Assembly (NCBI GenBank): GCA_041649475.1
Contig: JBAZNA010000001.1
Location: 124,267 to 188,266 of the forward strand
Origin: Patescibacteria group bacterium
GTDB taxonomy: Bacteria > Patescibacteriota > Patescibacteriia > Magasanikbacterales > GWA2-37-8
Direction: 5' to 3'
DNA length: 64,000 nt
In this document: positions 1 through 9,715 of the stretch, one piece after another
Layout: each line of letters starts with the position of its first letter
Position numbering within the stretch: the stretch's first letter is position 1
Notes under the pieces: generated by a model
Told to the model about the DNA's origin: nothing
Database searches by the model: none
The model's input: the letters and a program-made list of their open reading frames with translations, nothing else
Translations under genes and position numbers: made by a program

Positions 1-380
1 TGACAAATTTTTTAGTTGGTGTTTCCAGTCAGAATATATCGCCACTAGTGACGGTATGGTTTGCCCATTCCTTGATTGCAATAATTATGGGGGTACTTAT
101 AGCTGCTAAAGGCGAGCTCCCCAAGCTTATTTCTGATTTGCGCAAACACCCCGGCCCGATTGCCGGTCAAAGTTTTTTGGATAATGGCGCCTGGGTGGCT
201 TTTGCCTTTTCAACCACTTATATTCCCTTATCAATCTCCACAGCCATCACCGAGAGCTATGTTGCCTTAGCGGCCCTTTTGGGGATTTTATTAAATCGGG
301 AAAAATTGAAAAAATCGCAAATGGTTGGTGTCGCGCTCGCGCTCGTTGGGGTAATTATCCTCTCATATTTTTCCTCTTAA
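1..380 (+). CDS. DMT/EamA-family transporter, C-terminal fragment; the frame is open to the window start
   Basis: ORF 48..380 shows an EamA-like TM repeat; no stop upstream in frame, so the 5' end is outside the window; AT-rich host composition. Confidence 0.45.
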   Translation, partial: TNFLVGVSSQNISPLVTVWFAHSLIAIIMGVLIAAKGELPKLISDLRKHPGPIAGQSFLDNGAWVAFAFSTTYIPLSISTAITESYVALAALLGILLNREKLKKSQMVGVALALVGVIILSYFSS

Positions 381-460
381 TCTGGCGGAAGCGCCGGCTT
401 GAACTTAAGGGGGAATAGTGTTAGTGTGTAAATATCGGGTTTATTCTTAATCTTGTCTAT

Positions 461-1219
461 ATGTACTACGTTCTTGCCGCAGTGGTTGTGCTGATTTTAA
501 TCAGCATTCGTCAGGTAAATCAGTATCAAAGAGGGGTTAAGTTTCAATTGGGAAAATACGTAAAAATGGTTGATCCGGGCTGGAGATTGATAGCCCCGAT
601 TTTTCAAAGTATGGCCAAGGTGGACATCCGCGTTAAAGCGGTTGATGTGCCCTTGCAGGAAGCAATTACAAAAGACAACGTGTCTTTAAAGATAAACGCG
701 GTTATTTATTACAAGGTGGTGGATGTGGCCAAAGCGGTTTTGGAAGTTGAAAATTTTTATTACGCCGTAAATCAATTGGCGCAAACCACGATGAGAAATG
801 TGGTGGGTGAATTGGAATTGGATGAATTATTGGCCAATCGCGAAGCCGCGGCTAAAAGAATTAAAGAAATTGTTGATGCCTCTTCTGAATTATGGGGCAT
901 TCAGGTAAACAGTGTAGAGTTGAAAGATATTTTACTGCCGGAAAACATGCAAAGAACCATTGCCAAACAGGCCGAAGCCGAGCGCGAACGCCGGGCTGTG
1001 GTTATCAAAGCGGCCGGAGAGGTGATCGCGGCCGAGAATTTGTCCAAGGCCGCCAAGATGTTGGCTGAAACACCCGGGGGTTTGCATTTACGAACATTAA
1101 ACACCATAAATGATGTAAGTTCGGATGAATCAAACACTATAATTTTTGCCATTCCGGTGGAGATCTTGCGCGCTTTTGATGCGGTAGCGAAAAAAGTATC
1201 GGAGAAGTCGCCTGAATAG
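461..1219 (+). CDS. SPFH/Band-7 (stomatin/prohibitin-like) membrane protein
   Basis: N-terminal TM, then typical SPFH core (QYQRGVKFQLGKY...VDIRVK...) and coiled-coil tail. Confidence 0.85.
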   Translation: MYYVLAAVVVLILISIRQVNQYQRGVKFQLGKYVKMVDPGWRLIAPIFQSMAKVDIRVKAVDVPLQEAITKDNVSLKINAVIYYKVVDVAKAVLEVENFYYAVNQLAQTTMRNVVGELELDELLANREAAAKRIKEIVDASSELWGIQVNSVELKDILLPENMQRTIAKQAEAERERRAVVIKAAGEVIAAENLSKAAKMLAETPGGLHLRTLNTINDVSSDESNTIIFAIPVEILRAFDAVAKKVSEKSPE

Positions 1220-1237
1220 AAATTTGTATTTTAAATT

Positions 1238-2431
1238 ATGCTATTTCGCTGGGCAGTAATTGCTTTTATTGTCTTACTACCAAGCTATTTATTGCGCTTT
1301 AAAATTGGACCTCTGCCAACCACAGTGTTGGAGGCGGTTTTTGGTCTGATTTTTTTGATTTGGCTGATACAGTATAGCCGGAAGGATTGGCCGATTTTAG
1401 TCAGCGTGATTAAGGCGCATAAATTTTTATTTGTCTGTATCGGTTTATTTTTTATTGCTTCAATTTCCAGCATTTTTATCAGTGATATGCCGATTCCGTC
1501 GCTGGGTCAGTGGCGGGCGTATTTTTTGGAGCCGATAATTTTATTTTTAATTTTAGTGGCACACAAAAATGAGATTAAGTTTAAGGATTTGATGTGGGGT
1601 TTGGGTTTGTCTACTTTAAGCATCAGTATTTATTGTATTGTGCAAGAGTTTACGGGCTGGGGCATTGCCACGCCGGAGTGGACGGCTCTGGCTACTAGGC
1701 GCGCTACGGCTTTTTTTAGCTCGCCCAATGCGGTGGGGTTGTATCTGGCGCCGGTTTTGATTTTGATGGTAAGCTTGTTATATAAAAAATTTCGGTTTTC
1801 TTTTTTCTTGATTGCGGTTTTTTCAGCAGTGGCTTTGGTCTTCACAAAATCCCGCGGCGCGTGGGTGGCAGCGGCAGTGAGTTTGGTGGTGTTTTTATTT
1901 CTGGTGGGTTATAAAAAAATTGCGGTGGCTATTGCGGCGGTGGCGGTGGTCGGCGCGCTGGGCGTTTTGGTTATCCATCCGATCAACTTGGACAAATCCA
2001 CCCAGAACCGGGTGACTTTGTGGAGATATTCCACGACTTTCTTAACACAATCTCCCAAGAATTTTATTTTTGGCACCGGCATCCGGCAATTTTTCAGGAA
2101 AATTCAAAAACCGTATTATAACGACAAGGTGATGGAGCGGTTAATTTATCCACATAATATATTTTTAAATTTTTGGACAGAGATCGGATTGGTTGGTATG
2201 TTGGCTTTTATGGGGATTTTGGGCTATGGATTTTACTTAGCGCAAAAAATCAGAAAATATGATAAAATAATCGGCGCGGGGCTGGTGTGTGTGTTGGCAA
2301 CGCTCGTTATTCACGGTTTGGTTGATGTACCGTATTTTAAAAACGATCTGGCCATGCTTTTCTGGGTTTTAATTTTTACAATTTTGTTGGTATATGAGAG
2401 TTTACGTCAAAGCCAAACCCATGGCGTATGA
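1238..2431 (+). CDS. O-antigen ligase (Wzy_C/WaaL-like) family polytopic membrane protein
   Basis: About 10 TM helices with a periplasmic loop carrying the FTKSRGAW motif typical of O-antigen ligase family. Confidence 0.65.
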   Translation: MLFRWAVIAFIVLLPSYLLRFKIGPLPTTVLEAVFGLIFLIWLIQYSRKDWPILVSVIKAHKFLFVCIGLFFIASISSIFISDMPIPSLGQWRAYFLEPIILFLILVAHKNEIKFKDLMWGLGLSTLSISIYCIVQEFTGWGIATPEWTALATRRATAFFSSPNAVGLYLAPVLILMVSLLYKKFRFSFFLIAVFSAVALVFTKSRGAWVAAAVSLVVFLFLVGYKKIAVAIAAVAVVGALGVLVIHPINLDKSTQNRVTLWRYSTTFLTQSPKNFIFGTGIRQFFRKIQKPYYNDKVMERLIYPHNIFLNFWTEIGLVGMLAFMGILGYGFYLAQKIRKYDKIIGAGLVCVLATLVIHGLVDVPYFKNDLAMLFWVLIFTILLVYESLRQSQTHGV

Positions 2432-2612
2432 GGAAAAGGTGGAAAAAATTGATGATACGCATTTTGTTGTCCATGTAAAAGAACCGCCACAGAATGGTTT
2501 GGCCAACAAAGGCATTGCCAAAGTGTTGGCAGAGTATTTTCAGGTGGCGCAAAGCCGGGTAAGGGTAGTAAAAGGATATACATCAAAACAAAAAATAATT
2601 GAAATAATTTAA
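2394..2612 (+). CDS. DUF167/YggU-family small protein
   Basis: 72 aa, VKAKP...NGLANKG...LAEYF pattern resembles UPF0235/YggU. Confidence 0.5.
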   Translation: MRVYVKAKPMAYEEKVEKIDDTHFVVHVKEPPQNGLANKGIAKVLAEYFQVAQSRVRVVKGYTSKQKIIEII

Positions 2613-2617
2613 ATTGT

Positions 2618-3769
2618 ATGGCAGACAAAATTTACAGCGACTCATTGGATTTGCATAAAAAATTTCACGGAAAATTGGAAATAAAAAGTAAAGTTCGGTT
2701 GAATAACCGTCAGGATTTATCATTGGCCTACACTCCGGGTGTGGCCGAGGTTAGCCGGGAAGTTGGCAAAGACAAAAAATTGGCCAGGGAATATACAATA
2801 AAGAGAAATTCAGTGGCGGTGGTATCTGACGGGTCAGCAATTTTGGGATTGGGAAATCTGGGGCCATACGCGGCTATGCCGGTGATGGAAGGAAAAGCAG
2901 TGCTGTTTAAGGAATTTGGCGGGGTTGATGCTTATCCGATTTGTTTGGATACGCAGGACACCGAGGAGATTATAAAAGCGGTGAAAAATATCGCGCCCGG
3001 GTTTGGCGGGATAAATTTGGAAGATATTTCCGCGCCGAGATGTTTTGAGGTTGAAAGACGATTAATAGATGAGTTGGATATTCCGGTGATCCACGACGAT
3101 CAGAGGGGAACAGCCACCGTGGTTTTGGCGGCGCTGATTAATGCATTAAAGTTGCGCCAGGATGACGGCCAGCCGACCAAGGCGGTTAAAATTGTGATAA
3201 ATGGAGCTGGCGCGGCTGGCACTGCTGTGGCCAAAATGCTGATGAAGTATGGTTTTAAAAATATTTTTGTTTGCGACACAAAAGGTTTGGTGTATGAAAG
3301 CCGAGGCGATTTAAATTCAGCGAAAATTGAATTAGCAAAACTCTCCGGCGCCCAAATGATCGGGGATAATTCTTTAAAAGATGTGGTGAAGAACGCAGAT
3401 GTTTTTATCGGCGTCAGCGCGCCCGGGGTTTTGACCAAGGAAATGGTGCAAACTATGGCCAGCAAGCCGGTAATTTTTGCCATGGCCAATCCGGTGCCGG
3501 AAATTATGCCTGACGAGGCCAAAGCGGGCGGTGCGTTTATTGTTGCCAGCGGCCGATCTGATTTTCCCAACCAAATTAATAATGTTTTGGCTTTTCCGGG
3601 AATATTTCGGGGTGCGCTTGATAATGGCGTAGCCAAAATTACCGATGAAATGTTGATTCAAGCGGCCGAGAATTTGGCCGGCTGCGTTAAGAGGCCCACG
3701 ACCGATCAAATTGTGCCAAATCCGTTTGACAAGGAAATTGTCAAAGCAGTGGCACGGGCGATTAAATAA
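2618..3769 (+). CDS. NAD(P)-dependent malic enzyme (short bacterial form)
   Basis: Malic enzyme N-terminal and NAD-binding motifs (LAYTPGVAEV, VVSDGSAILGLGNLG, GAGAAG). Confidence 0.85.
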   Translation: MADKIYSDSLDLHKKFHGKLEIKSKVRLNNRQDLSLAYTPGVAEVSREVGKDKKLAREYTIKRNSVAVVSDGSAILGLGNLGPYAAMPVMEGKAVLFKEFGGVDAYPICLDTQDTEEIIKAVKNIAPGFGGINLEDISAPRCFEVERRLIDELDIPVIHDDQRGTATVVLAALINALKLRQDDGQPTKAVKIVINGAGAAGTAVAKMLMKYGFKNIFVCDTKGLVYESRGDLNSAKIELAKLSGAQMIGDNSLKDVVKNADVFIGVSAPGVLTKEMVQTMASKPVIFAMANPVPEIMPDEAKAGGAFIVASGRSDFPNQINNVLAFPGIFRGALDNGVAKITDEMLIQAAENLAGCVKRPTTDQIVPNPFDKEIVKAVARAIK

Positions 3770-3771
3770 AT

Positions 3772-4209
3772 TTAGCGGATCTTTTTGTTTTTGATTTTTT
3801 CCGGAACGGATTTTTTGAACTTACTGTCATCAAACATCAGCAGAAGCAGAACTAAAACGCTTGTGGCTATTGAGAGTATATAAAATTGTAAACCAGAGGC
3901 CATGCCAATTGCCGCGGCCATCCATAATCCGGCAGCTGTGGTCAGTCCTTCCACACGATCTTCTTTGCGTAAAATTGTGCCCGCGCCCAAAAAGCCGATA
4001 CCGGTAACAATGCCAGCGGCTACCGGGGCGTTGTTTGGGCCAAAAGCGGTCACTGACAGAAGCGTAAACAAAGCGGATCCGCCCGCGACCAGGGCGTGCG
4101 TGCGCGGACCGGCCCACTTGCCTTGTTTTTCTCTTTGCCAACCGATGAGGCCGCCTAAAATAATCGCGTAAACTATAGGGATAAGGAGGGCGAGTTCTTC
4201 TGTGTACAT
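3772..4209 (-). CDS. MgtC/SapB-family membrane protein
   Basis: ILGGLIGWQRE...RTHALVAGGSALF motif block of the MgtC family. Confidence 0.75.
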   Translation of the reverse strand: MYTEELALLIPIVYAIILGGLIGWQREKQGKWAGPRTHALVAGGSALFTLLSVTAFGPNNAPVAAGIVTGIGFLGAGTILRKEDRVEGLTTAAGLWMAAAIGMASGLQFYILSIATSVLVLLLLMFDDSKFKKSVPEKIKNKKIR

Positions 4210-4284
4210 ATTTTTATTTTTACTGGAGCGAAAATTTAGTTTAAATTTACCTTTTATTCATTATACCACTTGTTGACTTTTATG

Positions 4285-6006
4285 TTAATTACTGGTATTG
4301 TATTTTTGTTTTAAAAGCGATTTTTTGGGGATGACGGGCCGATAGCTCAGTTGGTAGAGCATCGCGTTTGCAACGCGAGGGTCTGGGGTTCGAGTCCCCA
4401 TCGGTCCACGATTCTCGGCATCCCCCCTCTTGAGAAGGATGTCGAAGCCCTCCTTTGCCCTAATCTCAGCTATGTTCCCATCTTCAATCACCAGTTCGGA
4501 AAGCGCCGTTGTCAAGATACCGTGCTTCTGCCGCTTGGAAGCGTACTCGTAGCAAGAGCTAGCCAAACGAACGAGTTCGGAAAGGGAAATCACCGTTGCC
4601 AGTTTGTCCTCGTCCCCAACCTCCTCCTTGCGCCGCTGCGAAGCGTTGAGGTCCTCCAGCTCCGCTTCGAGCCGATGCAGCTCTGCCATGAACTCGACGC
4701 CGCTGTAGACGCCGTCCCTGAGAAGGGCGATCTTATTGTCCGTGAGGTAGGTCAGGTCGCGATTGATCACGCGGCGCCGGCTCTCCAGAGCCTTCTCTTC
4801 ATCCACCTGCTTGGTCCTGCGTTGGGCGAAGAACCGCGGCGCACGCTCGGTGAGAAGCCGCTCCTCCTCCGGTGATAGCTGGGCCTGGCTGAGCACATCC
4901 TTCACCAGCTTGTCGATCCTGAACTCCGCGAGCGTTCGGCTCTGGTTCCCGCAGTGACCCAGGCAGGGGACCGTGTAGTACACGTGCCCCTTCTTCGTGT
5001 AGGGGGAGTATGCCCTTCCGCACCCGCATCGCAGGAACCCTCGGTAGAGGTAGAACTGCTTGTTCACGTAGTGCACGCCCTGCGTTCGCTGCCGCAGCAC
5101 CTCCTGGACCTTGAAGAACAGCTCGGGCGAGATGATGGCTTCATGGATGCCCGGAGCCAACTCGTCCCCGTGTCGGATGAAACCCGCGTAGAACGGGTTG
5201 TGGAGAATGGCCTCCATCGTCTTCTCCGTCACCGGCCTGGTTACCGGCTCACCCACCTGTCCGATCTCAACGCCCGCAGCCACTTCCTGCGGGGTCCGGT
5301 TCCGACACCGCGGCTTGCTCGTCAGGCCAAGAGGTGCGGCCCACTGAGCGAGCTGAGCGTAGCTCCACTGACCCGTCGCGCAGCGCTCAAAGGCCCCCGC
5401 GACAATGTCAGCCTGGGAACGATCAACGGGCTTGTTGCTTGGACCGTGGTCCAGGTAGCCCATGGGCGCCCGGGTCGTGCACTTGCCCTCCAGTCGCAGC
5501 TTGGAGTTCGCAGCCCGGATGTTCTCGCTGACCTTGTCCGAGTAGTGCTTGGCGAACACGCCGTCGATCGACTTGTGCAGCCGGCCAGAGCTCGACTCAT
5601 CATAGTTCGCCAGCACGTAGCGGACATCACGTCCGCCCTCGGTGAGCGAGTCAATGACACCCTCGTCCTGCTTGTTCCGGCTCAACCGATCCAAGCACAA
5701 CGAGATCACTCCCTTGAACTTGCCCTGGTCGAGCAGTACGGCCAGTCGCCGGAACTTCGGGCGGTCGATCTTCCGTTTGACTGTGCCGTCAGCGAGAATC
5801 CGCGGCCGTTTCGTCTTGTACGCGGTATGCTTCTCAATGATGGCGCCGTGTTCGCAGAAGCCCACCTCAGTGAAGTCAGCGATCCGGAGGCCATTGACCC
5901 GGGCGTGCTCGCGCCCTCGTTGGAGTTGATACTCGATGGTGTTCTGTTGATTATCAACGTCGGCAGTACTTCGTCGTGCGTAGAGTAGGTATTCATCTTG
6001 ATACAT
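4285..6006 (-). CDS. Large serine recombinase (integrase); the 3' end reads through the att junction into antisense tRNA-Ala
   Basis: N-terminal resolvase catalytic domain (YARRSTADVDNQ, catalytic Ser), recombinase domain and Cys-rich zinc ribbon (CGCGRAY...CLGHC), coiled-coil; likely start at ATG 6006 (ORF open from 6072); the last ~35 codons are encoded by tRNA antisense and host DNA. Confidence 0.85.
   Translation of the reverse strand: MYQDEYLLYARRSTADVDNQQNTIEYQLQRGREHARVNGLRIADFTEVGFCEHGAIIEKHTAYKTKRPRILADGTVKRKIDRPKFRRLAVLLDQGKFKGVISLCLDRLSRNKQDEGVIDSLTEGGRDVRYVLANYDESSSGRLHKSIDGVFAKHYSDKVSENIRAANSKLRLEGKCTTRAPMGYLDHGPSNKPVDRSQADIVAGAFERCATGQWSYAQLAQWAAPLGLTSKPRCRNRTPQEVAAGVEIGQVGEPVTRPVTEKTMEAILHNPFYAGFIRHGDELAPGIHEAIISPELFFKVQEVLRQRTQGVHYVNKQFYLYRGFLRCGCGRAYSPYTKKGHVYYTVPCLGHCGNQSRTLAEFRIDKLVKDVLSQAQLSPEEERLLTERAPRFFAQRRTKQVDEEKALESRRRVINRDLTYLTDNKIALLRDGVYSGVEFMAELHRLEAELEDLNASQRRKEEVGDEDKLATVISLSELVRLASSCYEYASKRQKHGILTTALSELVIEDGNIAEIRAKEGFDILLKRGDAENRGPMGTRTPDPRVANAMLYQLSYRPVIPKKSLLKQKYNTSN
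4336..4408 (+). tRNA. tRNA-Ala (anticodon TGC)
   Basis: Cloverleaf folds by eye: acceptor GGGCCGA/TCGGTCC with G3:U70 Ala identity pair, anticodon loop TTTGCAA, T-loop GGTTCGAGTCC; CCA not encoded. Confidence 0.9.
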
Positions 6007-6025
6007 ATGATTGTGATTAGTTGTC

Positions 6026-6277
6026 TTACGTAATACCATCGCCACAGTCGGCTGGGGGAACAAGCTGCCCATCGCGCATCACGAATCCTCGCGCGAGCAG
6101 CTCGTAGAGGATTGTACGAATCGCAGTGAGAAAACCGAGTAGCTGGTTCGCGGCCTCGTTTGATATGCCGCCAAGGGCTTCCGCAGATTGAGATGGTCGT
6201 GGTGAGCGTGTGTCATGAATCATAGACTCATCACGATACGCCATGTTCCTGGTCGGCGTAAGTAGTGAAATCGGCAA
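6026..6277 (-). CDS. Hypothetical small protein upstream of integrase (possible Xis/RDF-like; speculative)
   Basis: 83-aa ORF co-oriented with and immediately upstream of int; no recognisable motif. Confidence 0.25.
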   Translation of the reverse strand: MPISLLTPTRNMAYRDESMIHDTRSPRPSQSAEALGGISNEAANQLLGFLTAIRTILYELLARGFVMRDGQLVPPADCGDGIT

Positions 6278-6364
6278 TCCTGTGCGAGACCATCACCCCT
6301 TGCTGGTATCGGTCGGCTGTGGTACAATAAGGGCACTTGCTTATTAACTTAACAATGCACCGGT

Positions 6365-6688
6365 ATGGAATCAACCAAGTACAAGGTCGCCTCCCGAGCA
6401 CAGTACGGCATGCTCTATCTAGACCCTTCGCACGTGACCCAGGTACCAGACATTGAGTCCGGTCGAACGTATGAACTCGATCCGGTCCAGGTTGGCCGGG
6501 TATTTGGTCTTCTGAAGGAGGTTTTGGGTTTCAAGAGCAACAGGGAACTAGCACGCTACCTTCATCTTCAGGAAGGTCTCGTTGAGCGTGTGCTCGCCGC
6601 GGACAGGAGGAGCATCAGGAACGGCTTGCGCCTACCCCATGGCAAGGAAAAGAACAGCGAGCTGCCCTCTGCCTTGTCCTCCGGCTAA
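6365..6688 (+). CDS. Hypothetical protein with possible HTH
   Basis: 107 aa; helix-turn-helix-like segment SNRELARYLHLQEGLVERVL. Confidence 0.4.
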   Translation: MESTKYKVASRAQYGMLYLDPSHVTQVPDIESGRTYELDPVQVGRVFGLLKEVLGFKSNRELARYLHLQEGLVERVLAADRRSIRNGLRLPHGKEKNSELPSALSSG

Positions 6689-6699
6689 GCTCATGCAAT

Positions 6700-7149
6700 A
6701 TGGTTGACGATCCTAGATTCGAGAAACCGTCTGAACTGACCCCCAGGATCTTGTGGTTTCTCTACACGCTCCTGGACTTTGATCATGCCGGCGTTGACGC
6801 AGGAACTCGTTGCCGTCCACCGGCGGTCAAGGCAGCCCTGGACAAATGGCCGACCTACCGGTTCGACTGGTTCAAGCCTGAGCTGGTTGAGGTGCTTCGG
6901 CCAACATTCGAGCAGCTGGTCAAGCACCTGGGCGGCAAGTGGGCTATCACCAGAGGGATCCACCCGGAATTCAGGACTCCCTTCCTGGGACGCGGGCCGC
7001 TTCCCTTGAAACCAATCATACTCCACCGCATTAGCTGGATGATCAACAATCAGATGAGGAACTACAGGTTCGACTGGTCTATCGTTGACCGACTGTCTCA
7101 GCCACCGCTGACCGATGAGATGAAACGCGGGAGGGTACTTATCGATTGA
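6700..7149 (+). CDS. Hypothetical protein
   Basis: 149-aa ORF with protein-like composition, co-oriented with neighbours. Confidence 0.35.
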   Translation: MVDDPRFEKPSELTPRILWFLYTLLDFDHAGVDAGTRCRPPAVKAALDKWPTYRFDWFKPELVEVLRPTFEQLVKHLGGKWAITRGIHPEFRTPFLGRGPLPLKPIILHRISWMINNQMRNYRFDWSIVDRLSQPPLTDEMKRGRVLID

Positions 7150-7515
7150 CGAAGCAGTGACGGCGTCCCACTGCGGTACCGTACCCTGCACGTCATCGTC
7201 CTCTGGCCACAGTAACAAGAAGCCTCTCTGCGAATGCGGGTGAGGCTTCTTGTTATGCTTGTCGCTTCCATTTCGAATTCACTTATCCACAGCCAACGAC
7301 GGAGTACCGCCGTTTGTACTACTGTGCCACTCCGCTCACTTCAAGGTAAGCTGTATTATGATACCCGGATGTGGAGGATTGGTGTGAAACGAGACGGGTT
7401 GTTTTCATGCCACCCCCGCATCTATGAGTAGGAGGTTCCCCAGCACAGGGTCCAATCTAAACAAAGAAGGGAGGTGACATAGACACTCTTACAGATAATC
7501 AGATTACTGTCAAGA

Positions 7516-7896
7516 GTGGCTACCATGACAAACATATTTGCAACAAGAAGCCACGACCAGGAGAACTCCGATGAAATCGATACGAGCCCCCTGGGTTTTC
7601 ACATACGCAGACTGCGTCAATGGTACGGAGAGGGAGGCTTGTCCCAACGTGAGCTGGCCGACCTGGCCGATGTTTCTCCGCGCCAGCTGAGGATGTACGA
7701 AAGCTGTCGCATGCTCCCCGAGCCGATCAGCTTCCTGCTTTCTCTCGCCCTCGCCTTGAGGGTTCCCCTCGAGTCCCTCATCAACGAGACCGTCGTGAAC
7801 AGGCTCAGGGCCGAGATCGAGCGCCGTCGGCCGTTCGTCGAGCAGGGAGCGCGACAACGCGCCCTGGACCTGCCGAGTCGCGGGTATGGCGCGTAA
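7516..7896 (+). CDS. XRE-family HTH transcriptional regulator
   Basis: LSQRELADLADVSPRQLRMYESC helix-turn-helix. Confidence 0.6.
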   Translation: MATMTNIFATRSHDQENSDEIDTSPLGFHIRRLRQWYGEGGLSQRELADLADVSPRQLRMYESCRMLPEPISFLLSLALALRVPLESLINETVVNRLRAEIERRRPFVEQGARQRALDLPSRGYGA

Positions 7897-8401
7897 TCCC
7901 CGCCCTGCCAGACGGGTTCTCGTCGCCTGCTACCGCTTTCGTACCCTGGCGGTGGTCGAGCTCACCGAGGGCGAACGCCCCTTCGTGCTCAAGCACTGCA
8001 TCAGGGGGCTCCGGAGAAATCTCGCGAGAGCTGTGGCGTTCGTGCTGCGCGACGCCAACACATCCCGTCCGCGCCTCATCGTTGCCGACAACGCGCTGCT
8101 CGCTGACGAGCTGAGGAAGACCATCTGTGCGGTCCCGATCCAGACCATCACCATCGCGACCGCCAAGGAGGTTCTCCTCCCTGCGGAGCATCGCCCGAAT
8201 CACCACGACCTCTACCACCACCTGCTTCGACAACATCCGCATCTCCGGCGATACGTGACCGTGATCCCGTCCACGGGTCACATCGCCGAAAGCGAGAGGT
8301 GGCGAACCGTCGTCCTTCTCGCCGTCGCCCTCGGCCTCGCTGCCCAGCAGCAGGCCCGGGGCGGCAACCACCGGCGGCCTACCGGCCGACCGGTGGCGTA
8401 A
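7886..8401 (+). CDS. Hypothetical protein
   Basis: 171-aa ORF; the opposite-strand ORF 7805..8428 is low-complexity G/R/D-rich and was rejected. Confidence 0.3.
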   Translation: MARNPRPARRVLVACYRFRTLAVVELTEGERPFVLKHCIRGLRRNLARAVAFVLRDANTSRPRLIVADNALLADELRKTICAVPIQTITIATAKEVLLPAEHRPNHHDLYHHLLRQHPHLRRYVTVIPSTGHIAESERWRTVVLLAVALGLAAQQQARGGNHRRPTGRPVA

Positions 8402-8422
8402 TTCACCGTAAGTCATCGACCT

Positions 8423-8656
8423 ATGCACGTCTTCAACAACGACTCAACCCGAGTCACCAAAATCGAGAGGCTCCTTCGAGTCCTCGGAGATCACGACTGG
8501 CACTCCACCAGGGAGTTGGTTCGCCGAGTAGGCCATGCCTTCGGCGTGGCCAAGTTCAGGCTGGTCCACTCCTACCACTACGACATCGAGCGCCGGCACC
8601 ACCCCGCCCGGCGGTTTCAGTTCCAGTACAGGCTGCTCAAGGATCTCGACGAGTAG
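8423..8656 (+). CDS. Hypothetical small protein
   Basis: 77-aa ORF. Confidence 0.3.
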   Translation: MHVFNNDSTRVTKIERLLRVLGDHDWHSTRELVRRVGHAFGVAKFRLVHSYHYDIERRHHPARRFQFQYRLLKDLDE

Positions 8657-8695
8657 GAGGAGCTGGCCGTCCTCCACGCCATCCGCTGGTCGTTC

Positions 8696-9064
8696 TCAGC
8701 TTGAGACTCCCGAGGCTCCCGGCTTGCATCGCTTCAGCTTCAGTGCCAATCGTGCGACCGGCGTGCTCCGGTCGTCCTCCACGGCTACGGGAACGGCGGC
8801 ATTGCGCTCGAGCTCTTCGACAACCTGTCTCAGCGCAGCCACGATTGCTTCAGCTTGCGGCTCACCGCAGGTTCCGGGAAGCATCCGTGGCAGAATCAGG
8901 TCGACCGCAACGAGGACCTGATCTCGCGTCGCGTCCTCCGGCCCAGCGCTGACCTCCCGTAGCGCCTGGAGCAGCAGCTGTCTTGCCTGCTCCTCGGGGA
9001 GAAAGCATCGCAGCTCCTCGAGGCAGCGCAAGAACAGCAGACTCTCGGGCATCCCTGACCTCAC
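8696..9064 (-). CDS. Hypothetical helical protein
   Basis: 122-aa ORF, helical, regulator-like composition. Confidence 0.3.
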   Translation of the reverse strand: MRSGMPESLLFLRCLEELRCFLPEEQARQLLLQALREVSAGPEDATRDQVLVAVDLILPRMLPGTCGEPQAEAIVAALRQVVEELERNAAVPVAVEDDRSTPVARLALKLKRCKPGASGVSS

Positions 9065-9264
9065 CGCACATCGCCGCCCCCGGATCGATCATCTCCGATA
9101 CGCGGAGCGGACGTCTGTGGCCCTCGCTACAAGTCACCCGATTCGTCCCGTACCTCGACGGGCCCTGGCCTCGTGTGCAACTTCCTCGCCGTAACGGACG
9201 AGGAGGCGCACGACGAGCCAACGGGTCAACAACCGCTAACCTACGGGCTAGGAAAGCGACGATT

Positions 9265-9293
9265 GTCGGGGGCGGAGCCCCCGACGTTTTTCT
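9265..9293 (+). terminator. Rho-independent terminator-like hairpin (GTCGGGGGC-GGA-GCCCCCGAC, then a T-run)
   Basis: Perfect 9-bp GC stem, 3-nt loop, TTTTT tail. Confidence 0.55.
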
Positions 9294-9351
9294 GGCATCA
9301 AGGTGGGTCCCGGCGGTTCATCCGAGGGAGAACGCGCCACCCTTCCATGAG

Positions 9352-9408
9352 CCAGAAAAACGTCGGGTGCCGCTGCGCGCTCCGCGCTCCGCGGCCCCAC
9401 GACAATCG
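9352..9408 (-). repeat. Inverted, expanded copy of the 9251-9296 terminator-like element, giving convergent terminators
   Basis: ccagaaaaacgtcggg...ccccacgacaatcg is the reverse complement of cgattgtcggggg...cccccgacgtttttctgg with a GC-rich insert in the loop. Confidence 0.45.
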
Positions 9409-9535
9409 CGCAGCGGGTTACCCCGAGGAGGCGCCGGACACCGATTCCCGACTGCGTCGGGACCGGGTCCGTCACCTCCATCGAGGACCCAACGGCGAAC
9501 GGTCGAACGACCGACGCCAGGAACCAACAACCACT

Positions 9536-9640
9536 ATGCCAACGTCCCAAGGAGAGAAACAGATCGTGCTGACGTACGTCTACATCATCTGCATCTACCT
9601 CTTCTACGTCTGGTGCAGCGGCCCACGGCCCAGGCACTGA
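9536..9640 (+). CDS. Possible 34-aa hydrophobic peptide (type I toxin-like or leader peptide; speculative)
   Basis: MPTSQGEKQIVLTYVYIICIYLFYVWCSGPRPRH; a single TM helix; AT-richer codon usage than the surroundings; 76 bp upstream of the RepRelax gene. Confidence 0.2.
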   Translation: MPTSQGEKQIVLTYVYIICIYLFYVWCSGPRPRH

Positions 9641-9715
9641 GCTCGCCTCTCGCGAGCGTGCGGCTTCGAGCCGGCCGTCGACCCCCTGTCCCTCCATCAC
9701 CTAACTCCATCCACC

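Noticed and set aside
4954-5988. 344-aa plus-strand ORF antisense to the serine integrase (and similar 4351..4875, 5322..5660)
   Set aside because: Arg/Pro/Ala-rich low-complexity translation typical of off-frame high-GC DNA; overlaps a well-supported gene.
7805-8428. 207-aa minus-strand ORF opposite 7886..8401
   Set aside because: Gly/Arg/Asp-rich, no start context; the plus-strand ORF was chosen but itself has low confidence.
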